A DNA stretch of 55,444 nt from Planctomycetota bacterium (GCA_045863855.1 BTVV01000034.1:1-55444); one strand, 5' to 3'. Counted from the first letter of the stretch, positions 1-8,560 are shown. Notes: generated from the sequence alone by a model not told the origin. Numbers and translations are program-made.

Positions 1-516
1 GAAACCTACCTGATAGCCCTTGGACCGCAGCAATCCGATCAACTCGGTGGAAGTCTGAAACGCGGAGGTCTTTATCAGCACCAGAAGATCATTTTGCTGC
101 GGAGGAAACGCAGCCAACTCCATAAGCAGCAGCCTGCGCCGATCGGATTCGCTCGCACTCGCAAGAACGCGCGGTGGCTTCCTGAGGTGCATGGCCTGTA
201 CGGCAATCCGCTCCGCCGCATATTCGATCAAGACAACTTGCTTCTTCCCGTCGTCTTGAACCATTCCAAGTATCACCTGCTCCGGAAGCGCTTCCCATTT
301 GCGCATCTCGGCTTCAAGCCGCTTGATTTTCTCCTGCACGGAAATCGCTACCTGTGATTTGGGCGCTTCCGTCCGATCCAACGTCTGCGCCGGCGATACG
401 AGTTGATCGATCAGGAGCAGCAGCACGAGAAATATCATCAGACCACTCAGGCCGGTGATCAGATCCTGGAAGGAGAAGAACGAAAAGGCCGTGGGCGTAC
501 GCCTCTGGCGTCCCAT
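1..516 (-). CDS. Single-TM partner of the MotA/ExbB-like protein (ExbD/MotB-like N-terminus), 3' end runs off the window
   Basis: Not in the ORF track. ATG at 516 overlaps the TGA of the upstream ORF (TGATG). Reads open to position 1 as MGRQRRTPTAFSFFSFQDLITGLSGLMIFLVLLLLIDQ..., with an Asp at the start of the TM helix as in ExbD/TolR/MotB. Confidence 0.7.
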   Translation of the reverse strand, partial: MGRQRRTPTAFSFFSFQDLITGLSGLMIFLVLLLLIDQLVSPAQTLDRTEAPKSQVAISVQEKIKRLEAEMRKWEALPEQVILGMVQDDGKKQVVLIEYAAERIAVQAMHLRKPPRVLASASESDRRRLLLMELAAFPPQQNDLLVLIKTSAFQTSTELIGLLRSKGYQVGF

Positions 517-1364
517 CAGTTCGCCGCCTCCCCACTCACCAGCTTGAGGCGTCCGATGATCCAGCGATGGCAATAATCGTCGCATTCGAGCAGGAATTCT
601 TCTTCCTGCTTGCGCATAAACGTCAGCATCATCTGCAAGATCAGTGTACAGACAAGACCTTCCAGAGTCGTATCGAAAGCGACCGCGAGGCCCGAAACGA
701 CGTCCTTAAGCGACTCACGCAACGGTTCCAACGAGGACATTTCCGCCAACGTCGACCCGAATGCCCCGATGGCAGCGGAAAGCCCAACCGCAGTGCCGAT
801 AAATCCCAATACCGGCATCGCCCACAACAGCCCTCGCAACACGCTGTACGAAGTATCGAGGATATTCTGATCCACATCGGACTGGGAACGGATTATGACT
901 TCGACATCCGAAACCCGACCCAAATTTTTTAAATTAGATAGCGCTCGAAGAATACGGCTGAACAGCACGAACCGCTCGGGATCCTCCACCTGCTTGTAAA
1001 GCAACTCCAAGATTTGGTCGACCGACGTGGGCGTAAGGACGTACTCGTAGTCCAGCGGCGTGACGCGCACCACCAACGCAGCCTTTTGCAATGCCAGCTT
1101 CTTTCGTTTCACCATCAATATGGCAAAACCCCAAAAGAAAAAGACGCCGATAAAGTACGGCAAAATGCCGCGCTCCAGCCAGATCATCGAAAGATACGAA
1201 TCGGGCCAGAGCTTCAATAAGCCGTAGCATGCCGCCGCCATGACCAGTCCCAGCAGCAGGGAGAACAAGGGATTCACGTTAGTGTGCTTGCCCGCGGGAA
1301 AGAGCAGTTTGCGTTCGATATCCTGGCGTTCCCAGGACAATGTGGACTTAGCCGGCGCGTTCAT
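516..1364 (-). CDS. MotA/TolQ/ExbB proton channel family protein
   Basis: C-terminal TM pair with 'MPVLGFIGTAVGL...GLAVAFDTTLEGL' signature, plus two N-terminal TM helices. Confidence 0.85.
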   Translation of the reverse strand: MNAPAKSTLSWERQDIERKLLFPAGKHTNVNPLFSLLLGLVMAAACYGLLKLWPDSYLSMIWLERGILPYFIGVFFFWGFAILMVKRKKLALQKAALVVRVTPLDYEYVLTPTSVDQILELLYKQVEDPERFVLFSRILRALSNLKNLGRVSDVEVIIRSQSDVDQNILDTSYSVLRGLLWAMPVLGFIGTAVGLSAAIGAFGSTLAEMSSLEPLRESLKDVVSGLAVAFDTTLEGLVCTLILQMMLTFMRKQEEEFLLECDDYCHRWIIGRLKLVSGEAAN

Positions 1365-3091
1365 CGTGCGGTTCCTGTATTGATCGGAAAAGGCTCGGGG
1401 ATCGACTGCTGCGGCTCCAAACTCAGATACTCCCCGAGAATAGACCGCGTTCGCTTACCGTCCATGGGCGAAAGCAGCGGCTGGCCGGGATGCACCCGAT
1501 CCGATTCCAGCCAGCGCACCGAACCCAGTTCGTCACGGACCGCGGCCACTCGAAAGACGAAGCCTTCGCCTCGATGTTCCACCGTCCAATACTCCGCATA
1601 CACGGCCGCGCCACCGATCGGCGTTGGATCCAGCGGCCCCTGCGGGGAAAGCTCGGCCACCGAACTTAGTACCAGCGGCCGGTGCAAACCCGCCACGCTC
1701 GCTTTGCGCGAAGCGGTCTTACCCGCGCAGGCTTCCAAAAGCTTCAACAACTCCGGCGTGCGGCGTTCGATCTCCGCCCGAATCGCGCTCAATTGCCGCG
1801 CGACTTCGGGATCGCCGGGTAACCAGAACGGCGTTTGCAGCGCGCACAACTTGATCAACGCATCGTGTGTCGCGCGCGGCGGCTCCAGCAAGTGGAACGA
1901 TTGCTCATCCAGATCCAGCAGTTCGGCCAGCAATATGGCGCGCACGTACGGATCCGCATCGGCCTGGTCCAGCACGCGCCGGATCATGCCGGGAATCCGC
2001 GCTTCCCATTCGGGATATTCGAGCTCCCGGTCCAGCGCTTGGATCAGATCCCGCGCCAGCGTCACGTGAGGCGGAACGCGCAGGGACACCTTCGCCCGGT
2101 CCGGAAAGAGTTGGAGCCCCATCTGCAGCGTTTTCGTCTGCAAGACTTGCAGACTCGCCGCTCCTGTCGCCGAGCGCTGGATGGCTTCGCCTTCGAGCGT
2201 GTAGTAAACGGTTCGCAGACCGCCGGGCGCTTCGACGACGGCTTCGCGCAGCCGGGTCATCAAATCGCCCTTGAGCTGCTCGGTCAATTGCTGGAGCACC
2301 GGCCCGCCTTTTCGGCGCAACAACGCACGCGCCACCTGCGGCCGTAATGCCTCCTCATAAGGTCCGACGCCGCCAAAGAAAAGCTCGTCCCCCGCCACCA
2401 TCTCGTGAAACGCACGGCAGGCCTCGCCTTCCCCATCGAACGGGCCGCCAGGCCGGCGTTCGTTGAACGCGGCCATACGCTTCCCGTATTCGATCGCTCG
2501 CGCGTAAGCCGGCACGCGTGCAAGCCAGCGTTCGACATTACGAACCTCCGCCATCGCCGCGAAGCGCGGCCGCAGTCCGATCAGCCCTTTTACATAGCCG
2601 TCTAGATCCGGCAAAAGCGTACGAACTCGAGGCCATTCCTCGCTCCACAACTGCCGGGTGGCCTCATCCGTCGGCACTACGGGCGTTTCGACCGCTGCGG
2701 GAATTTCTGGCTGCTTCGGGATCGCCGGCTTCGGCGCTGCGGGGTCGTCAGGCGATGCGATTGATGACTCGCGATTCTTATAAGCCAACTCGTAGTAAAT
2801 CGCGCCCGCGACGGTGGCCAAAATTGCGCAAACCGCGCCGGCGCCGCCAATGCGCAATGCCGTCCGCTTGCGCTGCTGGCGCCATTCGTAGTTGCGCAGA
2901 TACGCGCCCGCGCGCTCGCGCAATCCAGGCGGATACGTTGCGCCGAGCGTCTCGATATCGCGCATCTTCATTCGCACCGCGGGTGGATGCGCGCCTTCGT
3001 TCAGCATCGCTTCGAGGAATGCCAAGTCTCGGCGAATCTGGCCATGCGAGCCTGGAACAGGTTTTCGCACCTCGCTATTCGGTACATCCAT
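1361..3091 (-). CDS. Hypothetical membrane-anchored protein
   Basis: Long ORF with one TM segment followed by a Pro-rich linker. Its stop overlaps the motA-like start. ATG at 3091 (preceded by GGAGCGGGA) preferred over TTG at 3106. Confidence 0.7.
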   Translation of the reverse strand: MDVPNSEVRKPVPGSHGQIRRDLAFLEAMLNEGAHPPAVRMKMRDIETLGATYPPGLRERAGAYLRNYEWRQQRKRTALRIGGAGAVCAILATVAGAIYYELAYKNRESSIASPDDPAAPKPAIPKQPEIPAAVETPVVPTDEATRQLWSEEWPRVRTLLPDLDGYVKGLIGLRPRFAAMAEVRNVERWLARVPAYARAIEYGKRMAAFNERRPGGPFDGEGEACRAFHEMVAGDELFFGGVGPYEEALRPQVARALLRRKGGPVLQQLTEQLKGDLMTRLREAVVEAPGGLRTVYYTLEGEAIQRSATGAASLQVLQTKTLQMGLQLFPDRAKVSLRVPPHVTLARDLIQALDRELEYPEWEARIPGMIRRVLDQADADPYVRAILLAELLDLDEQSFHLLEPPRATHDALIKLCALQTPFWLPGDPEVARQLSAIRAEIERRTPELLKLLEACAGKTASRKASVAGLHRPLVLSSVAELSPQGPLDPTPIGGAAVYAEYWTVEHRGEGFVFRVAAVRDELGSVRWLESDRVHPGQPLLSPMDGKRTRSILGEYLSLEPQQSIPEPFPINTGTAR

Positions 3092-3546
3092 GGAGTCCCG
3101 CTCCAACCAATCTTATTCACTTCAGTACGCAGTACTTGGCATGGCGCAAATTGCCCACACCAGCCGGGTTACTACGCTCACCGTCACTAAGTAGATCTCG
3201 TCTCAATAATGCTTTTAGAAGCATAAAGATACAGGCATATTATACCATGCCTTGAAAATAGGGGCATGATACTCATGGCGTGATGTGGCACGACGAGTCT
3301 ATGGAAACCCGATGAAGATGCGTTCGAGATTTATCGCCGTCTGCATCGTCGTTAGGCGCGTCCAACGTTAGTAATGACCTTATTTAGCTTGAGATGTGCC
3401 GCAAATTAAAGCTTTCTACTGTCCTAGGCGCGTACTTTTATTGAACCAATAAATTGGAGTTTGCGTCTGCAGCGCACGGGGAAAAATCGCTTTTTGGACT
3501 TCAAGGGGTGACATCATTAATAATCTCTATAGCTGAGGTATAGGCC

Positions 3547-3990
3547 ATGAAATACCCCATCGCTGAACCGTACTGCGAGGCCAAGACCCACGGCCGGACC
3601 TATTGGTGCCTGTGCGACCTCGACCCGGGTTTTCAGCTTCGCAACGTCACCGATCCGGACAACCGCCCCGCCGCTCCCATCCTGAGTGCCTACGGCTAAG
3701 GTCATACCGGCGGTACGCTGCATGTCGTTACCTAAAAGGGCGCCATCGTCGGTGCCGTGCCCAGCGGCCAATACGACGGAGAAGGTCTGGATCATCCCTG
3801 TTGGCACGTCGACGGGATTCACGCTGCCTTCGATACCGATGGCTGGTCCGGGCGCGGCACGCCGTGCCTGCAAGGACCGTCTGCAATCCTTTATCTCGGA
3901 AAAGTCGCCGAGAAGCCCGGCGCTGATCCCTACCTCGTTACCCGATACCAGCTGCATCCGCGCAGTTCGGGGAGTTGGGCGGGCGTCTAA
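3547..3990 (+). pseudogene. Probable pseudogene with two in-frame TAA stops and a TolB/PD40-like repeat fragment
   Basis: GAGGT RBS, then ATG 3547. One frame with mostly G/C-ending codons, interrupted by TAA at 3697 and 3733, continuing into track ORF 3757..3990. 'DHPCWHVDGIHAAFDTD' resembles a PxWSPDGxxIAF repeat. Confidence 0.5.
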
Positions 3991-4116
3991 AACTGCCAGA
4001 GCCTCGCGCACGATTTGAAGCACGTATTCTTCAATTCCGACTGGACCTGCGTCATCGGTGCGCCGCAGTTGTTCGTGACGCGCGGCTTCACCTTCCCGGA
4101 AGTCTGAAGCGATCGT

Positions 4117-5739
4117 TCACTCGCCGCGAGCTGCGCACAGATCGTCCCAATTCAGTCCGAAACGCAGCAGATATTTGCGCAGCCGGTCGGCGTCGTTGGA
4201 CGTTTTACGCTGAGCGCGCGACCGTTCGAACAACCGCCTGCCGGCGTCCGAGAGCGATCGCGAGCGCCGGCAGACTTCGACTACGCGCTCCAGTTGCAGC
4301 CGGTCGAACAAGTCCAGTTCTTCGAGCCGCGTTGGCCCCATCAACGTCTCGAGCGCGCCATCGCCTCCGGCCTCCTGCGGATCGGCCTTCCACGCCGCGC
4401 GCAGGCGCTCGAGTTCTTCCTCGACCTCCTCGGGCGAGATGCGTCCGCCCGGCGCGAGCGTAGCCATCCGGTACACCGCACCGTTCAAATCGCGGAAGTT
4501 GCCCAGCCAAGCCGACTGCTCCGAGCGCGCGAAAGCGAGAAATCGTTCGCGCCCTTCGCGCGTGAACGAAACGTGCTGGCCCGACTGCCGAGCGTAGGCT
4601 TCCAGTTCGTAGTCCAGATTCGGAGCGATGTCTTCGCGGCGTTCGGCCAGTCCGGGCAACCGGAAGGTCCACAAATCGATGCGCGCAAGCAAGTCTTCTC
4701 GGAAACGGCCGGCGCCGACTGCGCGGTGCAAGTCGCGGTTCGTCCCGGCAATCAGCAGAAAATCGCTCCGCGCCTCACGGTCGGCGCCCACCGGCAGGAA
4801 TACCTTCTCCTCGATCGCGCGCAGCAGCATCGCCTGCTCGTCGGAACCCAGTTCCCCGATCTCGTCGAGGAATAGCACTCCCCCGTCGGCGGCGCGCAGA
4901 AGCCCCTCGCGGTCGCGTGTCGCGCCGGTGAACGCGCCTTTCTCGTGTCCGAAAAGCGCCGACATCGCCGCATCGCCGCGCAACGTCGCGCAGTTCACTT
5001 CGACGAAAGACCCGCGAACCAGGTTCCGGCTCTTGCGCAGTTCGTAGATCCGCCGCGCCAGGAGGGACTTGCCCGCGCCCGTCGGCCCGGTCAGCAACAG
5101 CGGTGCGCGGCTGGCAACCGCCACCTGTTCGATCCGCTCGATCAGCTTGTTGAAGCCCGCGTTGCGCGTCTCGATTCCAGACTTGAGGAACGACGCGCCC
5201 TCCTTCATCTCCTTGCGAAAGCGCGAAGCCAGACGGTCATACTTGGATAGATCCAGGTCGATGATCTTGTACGCGCCTGGTTCGCCCGAAGCCCGCTGCG
5301 CGGGCGGTTCGGTCTGCACCAGCCGCGCGGGAAAGTAATGCGTCTCGGTCAGCAGGAACAAACAAATCTGCGCGACATGCGTGCCCGTGGTGATGTGGAT
5401 CAGGTAATCCTCGCGGTCCGTATCGAATGCGTAGCCGCGCGCGAAATCGTGCAGCGCTCCGTACACTTCCTCGAAGTCCCACGGATCGCGGATCTGAAGC
5501 ACATGGCGGCGCACCTCGGTTTCGGGCGAGACCGTACGAATGTCGGCGTCGATCAGCTTGCCGAGGGCCTCGAAGCGCGGCTGCACGAGCAACTCGAAAC
5601 GCGAGACCAGCAAATCCTCGTGCTGGCACAACGCCACGCTGGGCCGCCAGCGTTCCCATCGCCCGGCGTTCCGTCCTTGATCCAGGGTCGGGCCCAGCAG
5701 GCCGATCAAGACGGTGGGCTTGGTCTTATCCTGCTTCAT
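4117..5739 (-). CDS. rtcR: RNA repair transcriptional activator RtcR (CARF + sigma54 AAA+)
   Basis: N-terminal 'RWERWRPSV...DPWDFEEVYGALHDF...HITTGTHVAQIC', Walker A GPTGAGKS, GAFTGA, FLDEIGEL, C-terminal 'NDADRLRKYL'. Confidence 0.97.
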   Translation of the reverse strand: MKQDKTKPTVLIGLLGPTLDQGRNAGRWERWRPSVALCQHEDLLVSRFELLVQPRFEALGKLIDADIRTVSPETEVRRHVLQIRDPWDFEEVYGALHDFARGYAFDTDREDYLIHITTGTHVAQICLFLLTETHYFPARLVQTEPPAQRASGEPGAYKIIDLDLSKYDRLASRFRKEMKEGASFLKSGIETRNAGFNKLIERIEQVAVASRAPLLLTGPTGAGKSLLARRIYELRKSRNLVRGSFVEVNCATLRGDAAMSALFGHEKGAFTGATRDREGLLRAADGGVLFLDEIGELGSDEQAMLLRAIEEKVFLPVGADREARSDFLLIAGTNRDLHRAVGAGRFREDLLARIDLWTFRLPGLAERREDIAPNLDYELEAYARQSGQHVSFTREGRERFLAFARSEQSAWLGNFRDLNGAVYRMATLAPGGRISPEEVEEELERLRAAWKADPQEAGGDGALETLMGPTRLEELDLFDRLQLERVVEVCRRSRSLSDAGRRLFERSRAQRKTSNDADRLRKYLLRFGLNWDDLCAARGE

Positions 5740-5747
5740 AGCTTATA

Positions 5748-5771
5748 ATCTATACTATTATTATAATAGAT
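5748..5771. promoter_or_regulatory. Candidate RtcR enhancer (inverted repeat ATCTAT-N12-ATAGAT)
   Basis: AT-rich inverted repeat next to the rtcR start and about 100 bp upstream of the -24 element. Confidence 0.45.
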
Positions 5772-5871
5772 AGTTCAAGTTCAAAACGTCCGCCCATACC
5801 CAATCCTCTCCCCTTACCGCAAACTCTTACGCAAATAGAAGTTACGGAGAATATCCAAAAAGCATCCAACC

Positions 5872-5887
5872 TGGCCTGCCGTATGCC
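5872..5887 (+). promoter_or_regulatory. Sigma54 (-24/-12) promoter of the rsr-Y RNA-rtcB-rtcA operon
   Basis: TGGCCTGCCGTATGC: GG at 5873-74, exactly 10 nt, GC at 5885-86. Lies next to a divergent enhancer-binding protein gene. Confidence 0.75.
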
Positions 5888-5933
5888 TTTCCGTGAACTC
5901 CGAGTACAGGCGCGGCGAACAGGAGCTAAACCC

Positions 5934-7490
5934 ATGGCCCACAAGAACCTCTTCCGCTCGATGCCGGGCAAGCTGATTCCGGCGGCCGATGTGCACAATG
6001 CGGAAGGCGCGAAGGCGTATGCGTACGAGCCGAAGCACAAGCTCGCGCAGGTGGCGGCGACGGGATGCTTTGGCGCGACGTATTACGCGTCGGCGGGCGC
6101 GCAGCTCGAGGCGATTCTGGAGCTGGCGAATCGCGTGGAGCCGCTGTTCGTGGCGCGGACGGCGATTTATGCACGCGAGCGCGGGCACATGAAGGATATG
6201 CCGGCGCTGCTGTGCGCGGTGCTGGCGGCGAAGGCGCCGGGCGTGCTGGCGGAGGTTTTCGAGCGCGTGATCGATAACGGAAAGATGCTGCGCACGTTCG
6301 TGCAGATGCTCCGCTCGGGTGTGACGGGGCGGAAATCGCTGGGCACGCTGCCGAAGCGGCTGGTTCTGCGCTGGCTGGCGAACCGGTCGGACGAGGCGAT
6401 TTTCAAGGCTTCGGTGGGCGCGAGCCCGTCGCTGGCGGATGTGGTGAAGATGGTGCACCCGAAGCCGGCGACGCCGGCGCGGGCGGCGCTGTACGGGTAC
6501 CTGCTGAACAAGGCGCACGACGCGGCGGCGCTGCCGGAGCTGGTGCGCGCGTACGAGGCCTTCAAGCGCGGCGAGTCGCGGGCGGTTCCGGCGGTGCCGT
6601 TCGAGCTGCTGACGGCGCTGGAGCTGGATACGCAGGCGTGGCAGGGGATCGCGCGGCACGCGGGCTGGCAGATGACGCGGATGAATCTGAACACGTTCCT
6701 GCGCCACGGGGTCTTCAAGGACCGGGAGCTGACGGAGCGGATCGCGCAGCGGCTGCGGGACCCGGACGAGATCCGGCGCGCGAAGGTGTTTCCGTACCAG
6801 CTCATGGTGGCTCACGCGCAGGCGCACTCGGACGTTCCGCACGCGGTGCGCATGGCGCTGCTGGATGCGATGGACCGGGCGCTGGCGAACGTGCCGGTTT
6901 TCGCGGGGCGGGTGGCGGTCTGCCCGGACGTCTCGGGTTCGATGTCGAGCGCGGTGACGGGAGCGCGGCCGGGGGCGACGAGCGTGGTCCGCTGCATCGA
7001 CGTGGCGGCGCTGATCGCGGCGGCGATCCTGCGGCAGAATCCGGCGGCGCGGGTGATCCCGTTCGAATCGGACGTGGTGAAGGTGAAACTCAACGCGCGG
7101 GACACGGTGCTGACGAACGCCGAGAAGCTGGCGAAGATCGGCGGCGGCGGGACGAACTGCAGCGCGCCGCTGAAGCTCCTGGCGCGCGAGCGCGCGGAGG
7201 CGGACCTGGTGATCTACGTTTCGGACAACCAGTCGTGGGTGGACGGGCACGCCGGCGGGCGCGGGACGGGGCTGATGGCCGAATGGGAGGCCTTCAAGCA
7301 GCGCAACCCGAAGGCGAAGCTCGTCTGCATCGACCTGCAGCCGTACGGGACGACGCAGGCCCAGGAGCGCGCGGACATCCTGAACGTGGGCGGGTTCTCG
7401 GACCACGTTTTCGAAGTGCTGGATGCCTTCCACCGGGACCGGTTCTCGGGCGCGCACTGGGTGGAGATCATCGAGCAAGTGACGTGGTAG
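5934..7490 (+). CDS. rsr: Ro60-related RNA-binding protein Rsr (TROVE + VWA)
   Basis: 'NAEGAKAY...LAQVAATGCF..TYY', 'MKDMPALL', 'RMNLNTFLRHG', 'VFPYQL', MIDAS 'DVSGSM', 'GGGTNCSAPL', 'SDNQSW'. AGGAG RBS precedes ATG 5934; the track start 5883 falls inside the promoter. Confidence 0.95.
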   Translation: MAHKNLFRSMPGKLIPAADVHNAEGAKAYAYEPKHKLAQVAATGCFGATYYASAGAQLEAILELANRVEPLFVARTAIYARERGHMKDMPALLCAVLAAKAPGVLAEVFERVIDNGKMLRTFVQMLRSGVTGRKSLGTLPKRLVLRWLANRSDEAIFKASVGASPSLADVVKMVHPKPATPARAALYGYLLNKAHDAAALPELVRAYEAFKRGESRAVPAVPFELLTALELDTQAWQGIARHAGWQMTRMNLNTFLRHGVFKDRELTERIAQRLRDPDEIRRAKVFPYQLMVAHAQAHSDVPHAVRMALLDAMDRALANVPVFAGRVAVCPDVSGSMSSAVTGARPGATSVVRCIDVAALIAAAILRQNPAARVIPFESDVVKVKLNARDTVLTNAEKLAKIGGGGTNCSAPLKLLARERAEADLVIYVSDNQSWVDGHAGGRGTGLMAEWEAFKQRNPKAKLVCIDLQPYGTTQAQERADILNVGGFSDHVFEVLDAFHRDRFSGAHWVEIIEQVTW

Positions 7491-7498
7491 CGAAGTAA

Positions 7499-7557
7499 GG
7501 GCGGAATGCCGCCGGGACTACATTTCGATGTCGCGTCTCGGCAACTCTTGTCCGCCC
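7499..7557 (+). ncRNA. Y RNA-like 1 (minimal, about 59 nt)
   Basis: GGGCGGA/TCCGCCC terminal stem, ATGCC/AACTCTTG internal loop, GCCGGGAC/GTCTCGGC upper stem, ACAT-TTCG-ATGT cap. Starts 9 nt after the rsr stop. Confidence 0.7.
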
Positions 7558-7588
7558 GCTTTCGAGAAAGGTGACGTTGTAAAGAGGA

Positions 7589-7703
7589 GTGACGAATGCC
7601 TGCGGGAGTACATGGCAAAAGGTGGCAACACCGACCGGGTTCATATCCCGGACCGGCGCCGGGCAACCGGCGCCGGGTTCTCTCGCAAACTCCTTGTCGT
7701 CAC
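7589..7703 (+). ncRNA. Y RNA-like 2 (T-arm plus long GNRA-capped helix, no D arm)
   Basis: GTGACGA/TCGTCAC stem containing GACGAATG (GNCGAAN0-1G Yrl motif), TGCGGGAG/CTCTCGCA stem, GGTG-GCAA-CACC hairpin, T-arm CCGGG-TTCATAT-CCCGG, 10-bp helix capped by GCAA. Confidence 0.78.
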
Positions 7704-7726
7704 GCGTAACGGAGTGCAGAGCGTAA

Positions 7727-7858
7727 GCGGCGAATGCCGGCGGAACTACATCATCCAAATGACGCGGTTGTGGGTTCGAATCCCATCGCGGGCCCCAAAC
7801 TGGACGGCCCGCGTAGCTCAACGGTAGAGTGCGATGTTTCGCCAACCCTAGTCGCCGT
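7727..7858 (+). ncRNA. yrlA: YrlA-type Y RNA with circularly permuted tRNA-like domain
   Basis: GCGGCGA/TCGCCGT stem with GGCGAATG motif, GGCGGAAC/GTTTCGCC stem, T-arm GTGGG-TTCGAAT-CCCAT (7770-7786), acceptor-like CGCGGGC/GCCCGCG, then TA + D-arm GCTC-AACGGTA-GAGT. Confidence 0.9.
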
Positions 7859-7882
7859 ACTTGGCATCGAAAGCGAGGCTTT

Positions 7883-8560
7883 ATGTTCGATCGAAAGCAG
7901 ATGAAAAAAGCGGTCGAAATACAGGGCCGCAGCTACGCGTTCTTGAAGTGGATGCAGAAAGGGCTACGCGTGCAATCACGACAAGGCGCCTGGTCGCACC
8001 TCGACCTGGATGTCGCGGATGCCGCGGCGGATTGGATTCGCCGCCACTTGACGGGGATCCCGGAGGACGCGCAACCGGCGTGGGATGACATTCCGGTCTT
8101 CGCGCGCTTCCTGAGTTCGTACTTGAAGACCTCCTATCGGATCGTCCGCGCACGGCTCTCACGCTGCGGTTGCTACTGCGACTGGTGCAGCTACATGGGC
8201 TCAGCGTTGCAACCGCGGCAGCCGGGAAAGAAAGCCGCGACCAGCGCCGAAGCACTCAAGCGCGGGTATGTACGGCTACTCGCGGAGGAACTGAAGCTTC
8301 CGTACCTGGAGAGCGACTTCGAGGCGATCCTGAGCGATGCGGCATTGTCGCCGCACATATCGTGGTGTGCATACGGGCAGGAAATGCTGCGCCGCATGCA
8401 TTTCTCGAGCCAAGGTGAAGGGGTACTGGTGCTCTGGCGCGAGATTGCGTGGAACGAGGAAGGCCGAGTACAAGATGGATTCAAGCTCGATGCACAGCGC
8501 TTCCTTTATGCGGAGGAAGCGGTAATAGAAGGCCTGAAGAAAGCGCTGCCGCTTAACTAA
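7883..8560 (+). CDS. Hypothetical protein with CGCYCDWC cysteine cluster
   Basis: GAGG RBS then ATG 7883; 225 aa; fills the gap between yrlA and rtcB. Confidence 0.75.
   Translation: MFDRKQMKKAVEIQGRSYAFLKWMQKGLRVQSRQGAWSHLDLDVADAAADWIRRHLTGIPEDAQPAWDDIPVFARFLSSYLKTSYRIVRARLSRCGCYCDWCSYMGSALQPRQPGKKAATSAEALKRGYVRLLAEELKLPYLESDFEAILSDAALSPHISWCAYGQEMLRRMHFSSQGEGVLVLWREIAWNEEGRVQDGFKLDAQRFLYAEEAVIEGLKKALPLN

Noticed and set aside
516..1364. Zorya ZorA/ZorB defence system
   Set aside because: No long ZorA cytoplasmic tail, and no OmpA-like motif recognisable in the visible part of the partner.
3517..4023. 168-aa minus-strand ORF
   Set aside because: It is the antisense shadow of the + strand interrupted frame, which has the RBS and the codon bias.
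5814..7478. Long antisense/shadow ORFs (also 16913-18970, 27353-29494, 29696-31807, 31746-34244, 37392-39455 and others)
   Set aside because: Typical high-GC artefacts overlapping well-supported genes; Arg/Pro/Ala-rich with no motifs.
7770..7830. Canonical tRNA gene (GGTTCGAATCCC and TAGCTCAACGGTAGAG present)
   Set aside because: The T-arm precedes the D-arm and there is no anticodon arm; this is the permuted YrlA domain.
7499..7858. CRISPR-like array from the recurring GAATGCC...TACAT motif
   Set aside because: The repeats are short, non-identical and irregularly spaced, are explained by Y RNA stems, and no cas genes are present.
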